This document shows, piece after piece, positions 37,599 through 47,225 of a DNA stretch of 64,000 nt. Both the position numbers and the translations under genes were made by a program. The notes beneath the pieces are model-generated. The model worked only from the letters and a program-made list of their open reading frames with translations. It did no database searches and had not been told where the DNA came from. Source of the DNA: Myxococcota bacterium (lineage in GTDB: Bacteria > Myxococcota_A > UBA9160 > UBA6930); the NCBI GenBank assembly GCA_965223705.1, contig OZ245015.1, positions 704,001 to 768,000 of the forward strand, read 5' to 3'. The number at the start of each line of letters is the position of its first letter. Position 1 is the stretch's first letter.

Positions 37599-38216
37599 AT
37601 GATTAAAGAGCGCTGGACCGACCGCGCGGAGGAGCGCCTGAAGAGAACGCCCCTTTTCTCCGCGATGTCGGGAATTTCACCCGATATTCTCACCGGGTTG
37701 GGCGTTCTCGTGTCGCTCGTCGGGGCCTGGGCCTTCGCGATCGGCTGGTTTCTCACCGGCGGCCTGCTCGTCATGTTCGGAGGTTTTTTCGATCTCTTCG
37801 ACGGCGTCGTCGCCCGGCATCGCGGTGAGACCACGACTTTCGGCGGCCTCCTCGATTCCGTCGCCGATCGCCTGGTCGATATCGCGGTCTTCTCGGCCAT
37901 TGGCTTCCACTACGCGACGAGGTCCGAGTTTTTCTGGCTCGCAATCGCGGGGATCGGGCTCGCCGGCAGCGTCCTGGTCTCCTACATCAAAGCGCGTGGG
38001 GAGAACGACGTCCCGGAGCTGGGTGTCGGCTGGTTCGAACGGGGCGAACGCATCGGATTGCTCGTCGCAGGGGGTATCCTGGGGGCGATGCCCGTTGCGC
38101 TTTCCGTTGTCGCCTTGGGATCCTGGTGGACGGCGGGGCAACGGCTGATGCTGGCGAGAGACAAGATGCGCGAACTCGACCGAGCGCGCGAAGGGACGGG
38201 AGGCGACCGGCCATGA
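37599..38216 (+). CDS. CDP-alcohol phosphatidyltransferase (PIP-synthase-like)
   Basis: DLFDGVVAR...GGLLDSVADRLVD signature, plus PDILTGLG, SYIKAR and ERGERI. Confidence 0.88.
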   Translation: MIKERWTDRAEERLKRTPLFSAMSGISPDILTGLGVLVSLVGAWAFAIGWFLTGGLLVMFGGFFDLFDGVVARHRGETTTFGGLLDSVADRLVDIAVFSAIGFHYATRSEFFWLAIAGIGLAGSVLVSYIKARGENDVPELGVGWFERGERIGLLVAGGILGAMPVALSVVALGSWWTAGQRLMLARDKMRELDRAREGTGGDRP

Positions 38217-38584
38217 GCGACGAGAGAAAGGACGACCCGGGCTTCACCATCGTCGACAAGCGAGGGCGTGAGGACGAACCCGCCGAGCCCGAAGCGGGGG
38301 CGACACCGGAACCCCCGTCCGGGGCGGGCGCCGAACTCCCGAAACCCGAATTCGGGACGTTCCTGCTGTCTTTGGGCACGTCTGCCTTCTACCACATGGG
38401 CTTGGTGCAAGACCCGGAGACCGGAGAGACCGCCACGCCGAACCTGCCCGTCGCCCGACAGACGATCGATACCCTCGAGCTTCTCCAGGTGAAGACCCAG
38501 GGCAATCTCGATGACGACGAGTCCAAGCTCCTGCAGAACCTCCTGACGGAGCTCCGCATGAGGTTCGTCGACGCGAGCAAGTAG
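38213..38584 (+). CDS. DUF1844-family protein
   Basis: GFTIVDKR, F.TFLLSL, ARQTIDTLELLQ.KTQGNL..DE...L.ELRMRFV pattern. Confidence 0.8.
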   Translation: MSDERKDDPGFTIVDKRGREDEPAEPEAGATPEPPSGAGAELPKPEFGTFLLSLGTSAFYHMGLVQDPETGETATPNLPVARQTIDTLELLQVKTQGNLDDDESKLLQNLLTELRMRFVDASK

Positions 38585-39499
38585 ATGGGGCGAGGCGGGC
38601 GGACCTTCACGGCCAGGCAACGAGCGCCCGCCAAGCTCAACTTGGGGCTGCGCGTCACCGGGCGCCGACCCGACGGCTACCACAATCTCGACAGCGTTTT
38701 TGCGCCGATCGCTTTGGCCGACGAGCTCGCGATCGCGGCAGCGCCCGGCACCGGCGTTTCGCTCGCCGTGGAAGCCGGCGGGAATGGCGTTCCGGGAGAC
38801 GAGACGAATCTCGCGGTCCGCGCGGCGCAGGCGTATCTCGGCGAGCGGGGCGAGACGCTCCGATTGCGCATCTCGCTGCGAAAGCGCATTCCCGCGGCAG
38901 CAGGCCTTGGCGGCGGCTCCAGCGACGCTGCGGCCGTCCTGCGCGCCCTGCGGGACGAGTTGGGAGAGCCCGGGGAGCCAGGCCTTCCCACCATCGCGTT
39001 GCGCCTGGGCGCCGACGTCCCGTTTTTCCTACGCCCGGCCCCCGCGCGGGTTCGCGGCATCGGCGAGCGAATCGAGCCCCTGAAGGACTTCCCGCGCCTC
39101 TACGCCGTGTTGGCTCACCCGGGGCAGGCGCTGTCGACGGCCGCCGTGTTCGACGCCTACCGAGGCCGTCCCGGAGCGGGGGAGCCGCCGGGGATCGCTC
39201 CTCTGCGTCGCTTCGCCGTCGACGGCCGCCGCTCGCCCGAGCTCGATGACGCGTTGCGGAACGACCTCGAGCCCATCGCTGAGGACCTGTGCCCAGCGAT
39301 TGCAGCGCTTCGGGCATCGCTGCGTCGCGCCGGCGCTCCGGTCGTCGCGATGTCGGGAAGTGGGCCCACCCTTTACGCGCTATTCAACGGGCTCGATGAA
39401 GCCCGAGGGGTGTTCCGCCGGCTTTCACCGCTTTTGCGCGGTTCCCAGCGCAGTTGGCTCACAGAGACCGTGAGTCCACCGGCCGAGTGCGTTACATAA
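38585..39499 (+). CDS. ispE: 4-diphosphocytidyl-2-C-methyl-D-erythritol kinase
   Basis: [47 protein letters not shown]. Confidence 0.95.
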   Translation: MGRGGRTFTARQRAPAKLNLGLRVTGRRPDGYHNLDSVFAPIALADELAIAAAPGTGVSLAVEAGGNGVPGDETNLAVRAAQAYLGERGETLRLRISLRKRIPAAAGLGGGSSDAAAVLRALRDELGEPGEPGLPTIALRLGADVPFFLRPAPARVRGIGERIEPLKDFPRLYAVLAHPGQALSTAAVFDAYRGRPGAGEPPGIAPLRRFAVDGRRSPELDDALRNDLEPIAEDLCPAIAALRASLRRAGAPVVAMSGSGPTLYALFNGLDEARGVFRRLSPLLRGSQRSWLTETVSPPAECVT

Positions 39500-39520
39500 C
39501 ACTCTCGGGATCAGGGTCGT

Positions 39521-39595
39521 TGGGGCGTCGCCAAATGGTAAGGCAGCGGCCTTTGGAGCCGCCATCTGCAGGTTCGAGTCCTGCCGCCCCAGCCA
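39521..39595 (+). tRNA. tRNA-Gln(TTG)
   Basis: Cloverleaf with acceptor TGGGGCG/CGCCCCA, anticodon arm GCGGC-CT-TTG-GA-GCCGC, T-loop GGTTCGAGTCC and encoded CCA; conserved ispE-tRNA-Gln-prs position. Confidence 0.97.
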
Positions 39596-39623
39596 ATTCT
39601 CGAGCGGTTTTCCGGAGACGGTC

Positions 39624-40562
39624 ATGCAACAAATGAAGCTCTTCACGGGCAATTCGAATCCCGAGCTCGCCGAGCGCGTTTCGGCCTACCTCGATATCGA
39701 AGTGGGAAAGGCCGAAGTCGGCACGTTCAGCGACGGCGAAGTGTGTGTCGAGATCCGCGAAAACGTGCGCGGAATGGATTGTTTCGTCCTGCAGTCGACG
39801 TCGGCGCCGGCAAATACGCACCTGATGGAGCTGCTCATCATGATCGACGCGCTCAGGCGCTCTTCGGCGCGTCGGATCACCGCGGTCATGCCGTACTACG
39901 GGTATGCGAGGCAAGACCGGAAGGTTCAACCGAGGGCGCCGATTACCGCGAAGCTCGTGGCGGATCTCATTTCGGCGGCCGGGACCGATCGCCTCCTGTG
40001 CGTGGATCTCCACGCGGGGCAGATCCAGGGCTTCTTCAACATCCCCGTGGACAATATGTACGCGATGCCGGTTCTGCTTCAGGGCATCCGCGAGCGGGTC
40101 GGCCGCCAAGTCACCGTAATTTCTCCAGACGCCGGAGGCGTCGAGCGCGCCCGGGCCTTCGCGAAGCGCTTGGGAGCTCCGATGGCGATCATCGACAAGC
40201 GACGCGAGCAAGCGAACGTCGCGAAAGTGATGAACATCATCGGCGAAGTGCGCGGCAAGGTCTGCGTGATGGTCGACGACATGGCCGACACGGCTGGAAC
40301 CCTGGCCGAAGGTGCCCGGGGCTTGGTCGAGGCGGGGGCGTCGGAAATTCACGCCGTGTTCACGCATCCGGTATTGTCCGGGCCCGCGGTGAAGCGCATC
40401 GAGGAAGGTCCGTTCGACCAGGTCGTCGTCTGCGACACGATTCCGCTCAGCGAAGAAGCGCAAGCCTGCGACAAGATCAAAGTCGTCTCGATTTCCGCCC
40501 TCTTGGGCGAGGCGATCCGACGTATCAACAACGAAGAGAGCGTGAGCTCTCTGTTCGTTTAG
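39624..40562 (+). CDS. prs: Ribose-phosphate pyrophosphokinase
   Basis: [53 protein letters not shown] end. Confidence 0.98.
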   Translation: MQQMKLFTGNSNPELAERVSAYLDIEVGKAEVGTFSDGEVCVEIRENVRGMDCFVLQSTSAPANTHLMELLIMIDALRRSSARRITAVMPYYGYARQDRKVQPRAPITAKLVADLISAAGTDRLLCVDLHAGQIQGFFNIPVDNMYAMPVLLQGIRERVGRQVTVISPDAGGVERARAFAKRLGAPMAIIDKRREQANVAKVMNIIGEVRGKVCVMVDDMADTAGTLAEGARGLVEAGASEIHAVFTHPVLSGPAVKRIEEGPFDQVVVCDTIPLSEEAQACDKIKVVSISALLGEAIRRINNEESVSSLFV

Positions 40563-40574
40563 GAAGGCGATCCC

Positions 40575-41240
40575 TTGGGCGAGCACATACTGCAGGCCGA
40601 AACGCGAAACGAAGTCGGGAAGGGCATCGCGCGCCGTTTGCGCCGCGCCGGCAAGATTCCGGCGGTGTTCTACGGACGCGGGCGGGACTCGCGCGCCATT
40701 GCGGTGGATCCGCGCGCGCTCGAGCGCGTGCTCCACTCGAGTGGATCCGGCATGAATACCCTGATCGATCTGTCGATGTCGGGGGATGAGAGCGTCGTGC
40801 TGGTGAAAGACCTGCAACGGGATCCCGTGCGCGGCTCCTACTTGCACGCGGATTTTTACGAAGTAGATCTCAACAAGACGGTCGAAGTCATGGTGCCGAT
40901 CCACTTTACGGGGCGCGCCGTGGGCGTCGAGTACGGCGGTATCGTCGACCACCCGCTGCGCGAGCTCGAGATCACATGCCTCCCCCGCGCGATCCCCGAT
41001 TCCGTCGAGATCGACATCACCGAGCTTCAGATCGGGGATTCCCTACACGTGCGCGATCTCACGGTACCCGACGGCGTGACCATCATGACGGACCTGGATT
41101 TGGCTGTCGCGAACGTCATGGCGCCGGTCGCCGAAGAGGAACCCGAGGTCGAAGAAGAAGTGGCCGAGGGTGCCGAGGCCGCGCCGGCAGCCGCCGACGA
41201 GGGAGAGGACGGCGACAAATCGGAAGGGGCTTCCGACTAG
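40575..41240 (+). CDS. rplY: 50S ribosomal protein L25/Ctc
   Basis: GKGIARRLRR.GKIPAVFYG, HADF, IGDSLHVRDL; TTG start after AGGAAGG. Confidence 0.95.
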   Translation: MGEHILQAETRNEVGKGIARRLRRAGKIPAVFYGRGRDSRAIAVDPRALERVLHSSGSGMNTLIDLSMSGDESVVLVKDLQRDPVRGSYLHADFYEVDLNKTVEVMVPIHFTGRAVGVEYGGIVDHPLRELEITCLPRAIPDSVEIDITELQIGDSLHVRDLTVPDGVTIMTDLDLAVANVMAPVAEEEPEVEEEVAEGAEAAPAAADEGEDGDKSEGASD

Positions 41241-41249
41241 GCGGCCCCC

Positions 41250-42632
41250 ATGTCGCATTCACCGGGACCGTCTCTTCCGAGCAACAACCTGCTCGCCGAT
41301 CGGCTGGCGCGACCCTTTGTGCGCTTCATGGAGCTCGAGATCTCGAGCGCCCTGTTGCTGCTGGCGATGACCGTCCTGGCACTCGTGTGGGCGAACTCGC
41401 CTTGGGGCGAGACGTACGAGCACTTCTGGCACATTCCATTCGGGATCTCGCTGGGAAGTCTCTTTTCCCTCGAACTCTCCCTCGGCCACTGGGTGAACGA
41501 CGGGTTGATGGCCGTCTTCTTCTTCGTGGTCGGCATGGAGATCAAGCGCGAACTCGTTCTCGGCGAACTGTCGTCTCTCCGTCGCGCCACACTCCCGGTC
41601 GCGGGCGCCCTCGGCGGAATGATCATCCCGGCGGGCATCTACTATTCCATGCACGCGGGCCTTGAGACCGTGCGTGGTTGGGGCGTCCCGATGGCGACCG
41701 ACATCGCGTTCGCGGTGGCGGCACTATCGCTTCTCGGAAAGCGCGTTCCCTCCGGCCTCCGGATCTTCCTCCTCGCACTCGCTATTGCCGACGACCTTGG
41801 CGCGGTTGCCGTGATCGCGGTGTTCTACACCGCCGAGCTCCATCTCGATGCACTCGCTTGGGCGGGGGTCGGCTGCGCCGCTTGTCTGGCGCTCAATCTG
41901 ATGGGTGTGCGCTCTCTCGCCGTGTACGCGATTGTCGGCCTGTTCATCTGGTACGAGACCCACCATTCCGGCGTCCACGCGACCGTGGCCGGGGTGATGC
42001 TGGGTTTCCTGACGCCGACGCGGGCGGATTTCGACAACCGCCGCGAGACCCTCGTCGACGTGGCCCGCCACGCGCTCGAAGAGCTCCACGAGGCGTTGGT
42101 CGGCCGCGGCCAGGACGGGCCGCTCCACGACCCGGGCGGGCACCAGCGCCACTTGGTCGCGCGCAAGCTCGAAGTGGTGGGTCGGAACGCGCTGTCCCCC
42201 CTCGATTTCCTGGTGAATCGGCTCGAACGGTGGGTCGCGTTCTTCATCATGCCGGTGTTCGCTCTCGCAAATGCCGGTGTGGTCTTCGAGGCGAGCACGT
42301 TGGGTGATCCCGTCGCGCGGAACGTCGCCATCGGGGTCGGCCTCGGGCTCGTCGTGGGGAAACCCATCGGCATCACGCTGCTGTCCTGGATCGCTGTGAA
42401 GCTCAACATCGCGGCGATGCCGTCCGGGGTGAACTGGGCGAGCTTGTTCGGCACGGGCATGCTCGCCGGAATCGGATTTACGGTCGCTCTCTTCATCACG
42501 GTGTTGGCGTTCCAGGAGCCCGCGCATGTGGCCGGCTCGAAATCCGGCATTTTGTTGGGCTCGCTGATCGCAACCGTGGTTGGATTGACCGTCCTCTCCA
42601 AAGCGTTGCCGTCGCCTCGCGAGGAAGCCTAA
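41250..42632 (+). CDS. nhaA: Na+/H+ antiporter NhaA
   Basis: WVNDGLMAVFFF, EIKRE, GWGVPMATDIAF, LAIADDLGA, SGVHAT, GKPIGI, GIGFT. Confidence 0.95.
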   Translation: MSHSPGPSLPSNNLLADRLARPFVRFMELEISSALLLLAMTVLALVWANSPWGETYEHFWHIPFGISLGSLFSLELSLGHWVNDGLMAVFFFVVGMEIKRELVLGELSSLRRATLPVAGALGGMIIPAGIYYSMHAGLETVRGWGVPMATDIAFAVAALSLLGKRVPSGLRIFLLALAIADDLGAVAVIAVFYTAELHLDALAWAGVGCAACLALNLMGVRSLAVYAIVGLFIWYETHHSGVHATVAGVMLGFLTPTRADFDNRRETLVDVARHALEELHEALVGRGQDGPLHDPGGHQRHLVARKLEVVGRNALSPLDFLVNRLERWVAFFIMPVFALANAGVVFEASTLGDPVARNVAIGVGLGLVVGKPIGITLLSWIAVKLNIAAMPSGVNWASLFGTGMLAGIGFTVALFITVLAFQEPAHVAGSKSGILLGSLIATVVGLTVLSKALPSPREEA

Positions 42633-42699
42633 TGTCCGGTGATATTCCGGGAAAGTCGCGCTAGATCGGCCGGACAATCGAGGATTGCCCGGCTAAGAT
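42633..42699 (+). promoter_or_regulatory. Putative MocR/PdxR operator (two direct plus one inverted TCCGG motif) overlapping a promoter
   Basis: TGTCCGG 42633-42639, ATTCCGG 42644-42650, inverted CCGGACA 42670-42676; -35-like CGGACA 42671-42676, 17 bp, then -10 TAAGAT 42694-42699. Confidence 0.55.
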
Positions 42700-42706
42700 T
42701 CTTTTC

Positions 42707-44188
42707 GTGAACCTCCCCATCGCGCCCCCGGATGGTCGCCGCGGCACACCCCTCTACCGCCAAATCGCGGACCAGATCCGCGACGCCGTGCTGCGGCAGG
42801 AGATCCCGGCCGGAGCGAGGTTGCCGGCCATCCGCGATCTCGCGGCAAGGCTCGCGGTCCACCGCGACACCGTCGGCTTGGCCTACGAGAACCTGGCTTC
42901 CGACGGATGGGTCGAGACGCGGGTCGGTCGCGGGACGTTCGTGTCGCGGCCCGGACCCACCCCCACCACCGAACCGGCGCTGTCTTCGCTCGTCACGCGT
43001 TTGCTCGACCACAGTGGCGCGGAGCCGGCGCCGAATGTGCCGAAGGATACGATCGCGTTTCACGCGTTGGTTCCCGATCCCAGTCTCTTTCCGGTCGACG
43101 CGTTTCGCCGGGCGATGAACGAAAACCTTTCGGCGAGCGGTGCCGATCTCCTCGGCTATGGCGCGGTCGGCGGCGAGGCGGGGCTTCGCGAGGTGGTCGC
43201 CGAACACCTGAGGGAGCACGGGATCGCTGCGGCGCCGGACGACGTGGTTCCCTGTCAGGGCGCCAGTCAGGGGCTCTCGCTCGTCGTGCGCGCGTTCGCT
43301 GAGCCTGGAGAGGCCGTCGCAGTCGAAGAGCCGACGTACCAGGCGGCGCTCGGAATCCTCATGGGTCTCGGTCTGCGACCCGAACCGGTCCCGACCCGGG
43401 TGGCGGGTCCGGACCCCGGCGTCGATCTCGACGCGCTCGCACGGGCCTTGGCTCAACCGTCGGTGAAGGCGTTCTATACGATGCCGACCTTCCACAACCC
43501 GCTCGGGATCACGACGAATCGCGAGCACCGGAGGCGTCTGCTCGAGATTGCGGCGACGGCGGGGAAGCCCGTGGTGGAAGACGCCTGCGCGATCGATTTG
43601 CGGTTTCGGGGGAAAGCCGTGCCTCCGCTCGCCGCACTGGACGAATCGGGTCTGGTCCTGCCGCTCTTCTCCTTCTCGAAGTCGCTGTTCCCCGGGGTGC
43701 GCTGCGGGGCGGTGCTGGCGCGAGGACAAGCCGGGGAGGCGCTCCGCGCTCTCAAGCGCGCCACCGATCTCGGCGACGCCGGCGCGCTTCAGGCCGCGGT
43801 GGCGACCTTCGTCCGCGCCGGACACTACCGCCGTCATCTACAGCAGTGGCGAAAGACCCTCTCCGAACGTTGTGAAGCGATGCAAAAGGCGATCGAAGAG
43901 TTCTTCCCCGCCGCCCTCGAATGGACCGTGCCCGAGGGCGGCTACCAGTTTTGGGTCGCTACCCCGCCCGAGCTCGAAGTGCGGTCGATCTATACGGCGG
44001 CCCTGCGCGCCGGCGTACTCATCGCGCCCGGGGACCTGTTCCACGTCTCCGGTCGGCGGGCCCAGGGATTCCGACTGGTGTTCGCGCAGACCGCAACCGA
44101 CGAAATTCGCGAGGGCGTGGCCCGCCTCGCGCAAGTGATTCACGAACAGCTCGAGCAATCCACGGCGACGAAGAGCGCCGCTTGGTGA
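42707..44188 (+). CDS. MocR/GabR-family PLP-dependent transcription regulator (PdxR-like)
   Basis: GntR wHTH ([24 protein letters not shown]) plus aminotransferase-like domain ([21 protein letters not shown]); directly upstream of pdxST. Confidence 0.9.
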   Translation: MNLPIAPPDGRRGTPLYRQIADQIRDAVLRQEIPAGARLPAIRDLAARLAVHRDTVGLAYENLASDGWVETRVGRGTFVSRPGPTPTTEPALSSLVTRLLDHSGAEPAPNVPKDTIAFHALVPDPSLFPVDAFRRAMNENLSASGADLLGYGAVGGEAGLREVVAEHLREHGIAAAPDDVVPCQGASQGLSLVVRAFAEPGEAVAVEEPTYQAALGILMGLGLRPEPVPTRVAGPDPGVDLDALARALAQPSVKAFYTMPTFHNPLGITTNREHRRRLLEIAATAGKPVVEDACAIDLRFRGKAVPPLAALDESGLVLPLFSFSKSLFPGVRCGAVLARGQAGEALRALKRATDLGDAGALQAAVATFVRAGHYRRHLQQWRKTLSERCEAMQKAIEEFFPAALEWTVPEGGYQFWVATPPELEVRSIYTAALRAGVLIAPGDLFHVSGRRAQGFRLVFAQTATDEIREGVARLAQVIHEQLEQSTATKSAAW

Positions 44189-44202
44189 TTTTGGAGGAGA
44201 GC

Positions 44203-45108
44203 ATGGCGAATCAATCCAACGGCAAACGCGGCGCGGAAACGTTCGAGGTCAAAGTCGGACTCGCTGAGATGTTGAAGGGGGGCGTCATCATGGACGTCAC
44301 GAACCCCGAGCAAGCGAAGATCGCGGAGGAGGCGGGGGCGGCCGCTGTGATGGCTCTCGAGCGGGTGCCGGCCGATATCCGCAAGGACGGCGGCGTCGCG
44401 CGGATGTGCAGCATCGAGGTCATCGAGGGCATCCAACGCGCCGTGTCGATCCCCGTGATGGCGAAAGTCCGGATCGGTCACTTCAGCGAAGCGCGCGTAC
44501 TCGAGGCCCTGGGCGTCGATTTCATCGATGAAAGCGAAGTCCTGACGCCCGCCGATGAAGAGCACCACGTCGACAAGCAACCGTTTCGCTCGCCGTTCGT
44601 CTGCGGGGCGCGCAACTTGGGAGAGGCCTTGCGCAGGATCGGCGAAGGCGCCGCGATGATTCGAACGAAAGGGGAGGCCGGCAGTGGGAACATCGTCGAG
44701 GCCGTCCGGCACTTGCGTCAAGTGACCGGCGACATCCGCGCCTTGTCGTCCCTGCGCGGCGAGGAGCTACCGACGCGAGCGAAGGAGCTCGGAGCACCCG
44801 TCGAACTCGTCCGCCAAGTCGCCGAAGCCGGGAAGCTGCCGGTGCCGAATTTCGCGGCGGGCGGGATCGCGACGCCAGCGGATGCGGCGCTCTGCATGTC
44901 GCTCGGCGCGGAAGCCGTGTTCGTCGGTTCGGGCATCTTCAAGAGCAACGATCCGGCGGCGCGAGCCAAAGCGGTCGTCCACGCGACGACCCATTGGGAC
45001 GAACCCGAAGAAGTGCTCAATGCGTCGCGAGGCCTGGGCGAGGCGATGCCGGGCATCGAACTCGACACGTTGACCGACGCCGAGCGTCTCGCCAACCGGG
45101 GTTGGTAG
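44203..45108 (+). CDS. pdxS: Pyridoxal 5'-phosphate synthase subunit PdxS
   Basis: [51 protein letters not shown] end; GGAGGAG RBS. Confidence 0.98.
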   Translation: MANQSNGKRGAETFEVKVGLAEMLKGGVIMDVTNPEQAKIAEEAGAAAVMALERVPADIRKDGGVARMCSIEVIEGIQRAVSIPVMAKVRIGHFSEARVLEALGVDFIDESEVLTPADEEHHVDKQPFRSPFVCGARNLGEALRRIGEGAAMIRTKGEAGSGNIVEAVRHLRQVTGDIRALSSLRGEELPTRAKELGAPVELVRQVAEAGKLPVPNFAAGGIATPADAALCMSLGAEAVFVGSGIFKSNDPAARAKAVVHATTHWDEPEEVLNASRGLGEAMPGIELDTLTDAERLANRGW

Positions 45109-45136
45109 GGCCGGCGAAGCGACGGGGCGAAGCATC

Positions 45137-45727
45137 GTGAAAGTCGGGATCCTCGCTCTGCAGGGCGACGTCGCCGCTCATCGCGCCGCGATCGAGCGCA
45201 TCGGTGGCGACGCCGTCCCTGTGCGCTGGCCCCGGGATCTGGCGGGCTGCGACGCGCTTATCCTTCCGGGCGGCGAGAGCACCACCATGGCAAAGGGCTT
45301 GGCTCGGCAAGGGCTCTACGAACCGATCCGCGCGTTCGCGCACGCCGGCGGGTCCGTGCTCGGAACCTGCGCCGGGGCGATTCTGCTGGCGGAGAAGGCC
45401 TGCGCCCCCGAACGGGTGCGCGTCGGCCATCACCCGGTCGAGACCTTGGGCCTCCTCAACGTGACGGCGCGCCGAAACGCATACGGCACGCAGGTCGACT
45501 CGTTTATCGCGCATGGGAAAGCCGACGGCCCCCTCGACGGCTTTCGATGCGTCTTTATCCGAGCGCCACAGCTCGTCGATCCCGGCCCGGATATCGAAGT
45601 GCACCTGCGGGTGGAAGGCCTCCCGGTGCTCCTTCGGCAGGGGCGCGTCTGGGCGTCGACGTTCCATCCGGAGCTGACCGAAGACTCCCGCGTCCATCAG
45701 CTCCTGGTGGACTCCGCCGGCCTGTGA
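45137..45727 (+). CDS. pdxT: PLP synthase glutaminase subunit PdxT
   Basis: GILALQG, PGGESTT, GTCAG, RNAYG.QVDSF, FIRAP, FHPELT. Confidence 0.97.
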   Translation: MKVGILALQGDVAAHRAAIERIGGDAVPVRWPRDLAGCDALILPGGESTTMAKGLARQGLYEPIRAFAHAGGSVLGTCAGAILLAEKACAPERVRVGHHPVETLGLLNVTARRNAYGTQVDSFIAHGKADGPLDGFRCVFIRAPQLVDPGPDIEVHLRVEGLPVLLRQGRVWASTFHPELTEDSRVHQLLVDSAGL

Positions 45728-45779
45728 TAACCCTCCGGCCTTCTCGTCGCGAAAGCGGCACAACCTCGGCCCCGAATGC

Positions 45780-45848
45780 CCCTCCCGCACCCGCGCGGAA
45801 GCGGCGCAGCACGCGGGCCCTGAGTGCTCGGCACTCTGTCCAGGAGGG
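45780..45848 (+). promoter_or_regulatory. Putative rpsF leader (S6:S18-binding autoregulatory RNA)
   Basis: CCCTCC (45780-45785) can pair with the SD GGAGGG (45843-45848); apical stem CCCGCG/CGCGGG is followed by unpaired CCC (45818-45820). Confidence 0.55.
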
Positions 45849-45851
45849 ATG

Positions 45852-46388
45852 ATGCGGGAATACGAAACGACATTCATCGTTCAGCCCGAAATCTCCGACG
45901 AGGGATGTCAGGCGATTTGCGAGCGCCTCGACGGGATGCTCGAAAAGCATGGCGCCGTCCGTCTGCTCTACGACGACGACGGCAAGCGAAAGCTGGCCTA
46001 CGAGATCGACGACTTTCAGAAGGGCCGGTACCTGTGTCTCCATTACTTCGATCAGGGTGGCGTCGTGCCGGAGCTCGAGCAGATGCTGCGGCTCGACGAA
46101 TCGGTGCTTCGCTTCTTGACCGTCCGCGTCGCAGACCGGGTGGACAACATCGAGGAGCGTCGGCAAGCCGCCGCGATCGAAGAGCGGGAGCGCGCCGAGC
46201 GGGCGGCTGAACGCGCCGCGCGCGAAGCGGAAGAGCGCGCCGCGCGCGAGGAGGAGGAGCGCCTCGCGCGAGAAGCTGCCGAAGCCCGCGCCGAAGCCGA
46301 CGCTTCGGAAGCCTCGGCGGAAGGAACCGAAGACGGAGAGGAAGAGGCGGGCGAGGCTCCGGCGCCTGCGGAAGGTGATTCGGAATGA
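45852..46388 (+). CDS. rpsF: 30S ribosomal protein S6 with long charged C-terminal tail
   Basis: [28 protein letters not shown]. Confidence 0.96.
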   Translation: MREYETTFIVQPEISDEGCQAICERLDGMLEKHGAVRLLYDDDGKRKLAYEIDDFQKGRYLCLHYFDQGGVVPELEQMLRLDESVLRFLTVRVADRVDNIEERRQAAAIEERERAERAAERAAREAEERAAREEEERLAREAAEARAEADASEASAEGTEDGEEEAGEAPAPAEGDSE

Positions 46389-46705
46389 ACCGAGAAGAGC
46401 GAGAACGCCGTGGCCCCATGTCGCCGAAGGCGCGGCTGCGCGCCAAGGCGCGCAAGCGAGCGCGCAAAGCGGCCAAGGCCAAGGGCACGTTTGGGCGCAA
46501 GAAAGTCTGTCGCTTCTGTGCCGACACCAATGTCCGAATCGATTACAAAGATCCGAAGACGCTGCGTTACTTCGTCACCGAGGTCGGCAAGGTGATCCCG
46601 CGGCGAATTTCGGGCAATTGCGCGAAGCACCAACGCGAAGTGACCACGGCGCTCAAGCGAGCACGCCAGCTCGCGCTGCTCCCGTACGCACCGAGCCACG
46701 TCTAG
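46385..46705 (+). CDS. rpsR: 30S ribosomal protein S18 (Zn-binding form)
   Basis: [32 protein letters not shown]. Confidence 0.97.
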   Translation: MNREERERRGPMSPKARLRAKARKRARKAAKAKGTFGRKKVCRFCADTNVRIDYKDPKTLRYFVTEVGKVIPRRISGNCAKHQREVTTALKRARQLALLPYAPSHV

Positions 46706-46715
46706 CGGAGGCTTT

Positions 46716-47168
46716 ATGGGCAATATCCGACTGATTCTCTCGGAAGACGTGCCGAATCTGGGTGAGGCGGGCGAACTCGTCACGGTGAAGCCCGGCTACG
46801 CGCGGAACTACCTGCTGCCTTCGAAGAAAGCGCTTCCGGCGACCGAGGCGCGCGTCAAGGAGCTCGAGCACCATCGCCAGGTGATCGCGGCGAAAGTGGC
46901 GCGGGAACAGAAGGTGATGCGTGCGGAGCGCTCTCGCATCGAAGGCACCGAGCTTTCGATCGAAGTTCAGGCGGGCGAGGAAGGCAAGCTGTTCGGGTCG
47001 GTGACCGCGGCGAACGTCGCCGAGCTCCTCGCCGCGAAGGGAGTCGAAGTCGACCGTCGCAAGATCGCCCTCGAGCCGATCAAGGAAATCGGCGACTACG
47101 AAGTCGAGATCAAGTTGCACCGCGAGGTCTCAGCGACGGTAAAGCTCAGCGTCACCGCCGCTTCCTGA
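46716..47168 (+). CDS. rplI: 50S ribosomal protein L9
   Basis: VKPGYARNYLLP, GKLFGSVT, IKEIG, LHREV. Confidence 0.98.
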   Translation: MGNIRLILSEDVPNLGEAGELVTVKPGYARNYLLPSKKALPATEARVKELEHHRQVIAAKVAREQKVMRAERSRIEGTELSIEVQAGEEGKLFGSVTAANVAELLAAKGVEVDRRKIALEPIKEIGDYEVEIKLHREVSATVKLSVTAAS

Positions 47169-47225
47169 TCGCGTAGTGCCGACAACGACGGCGCGGATGT
47201 GATACCACCCCAGCTGGGGGACATC

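Noticed and set aside
39521..39595. tRNA-Gln as an island integration site
   Set aside because: It lies in its conserved ispE-prs context; no integrase and no duplicated tRNA 3' end seen.
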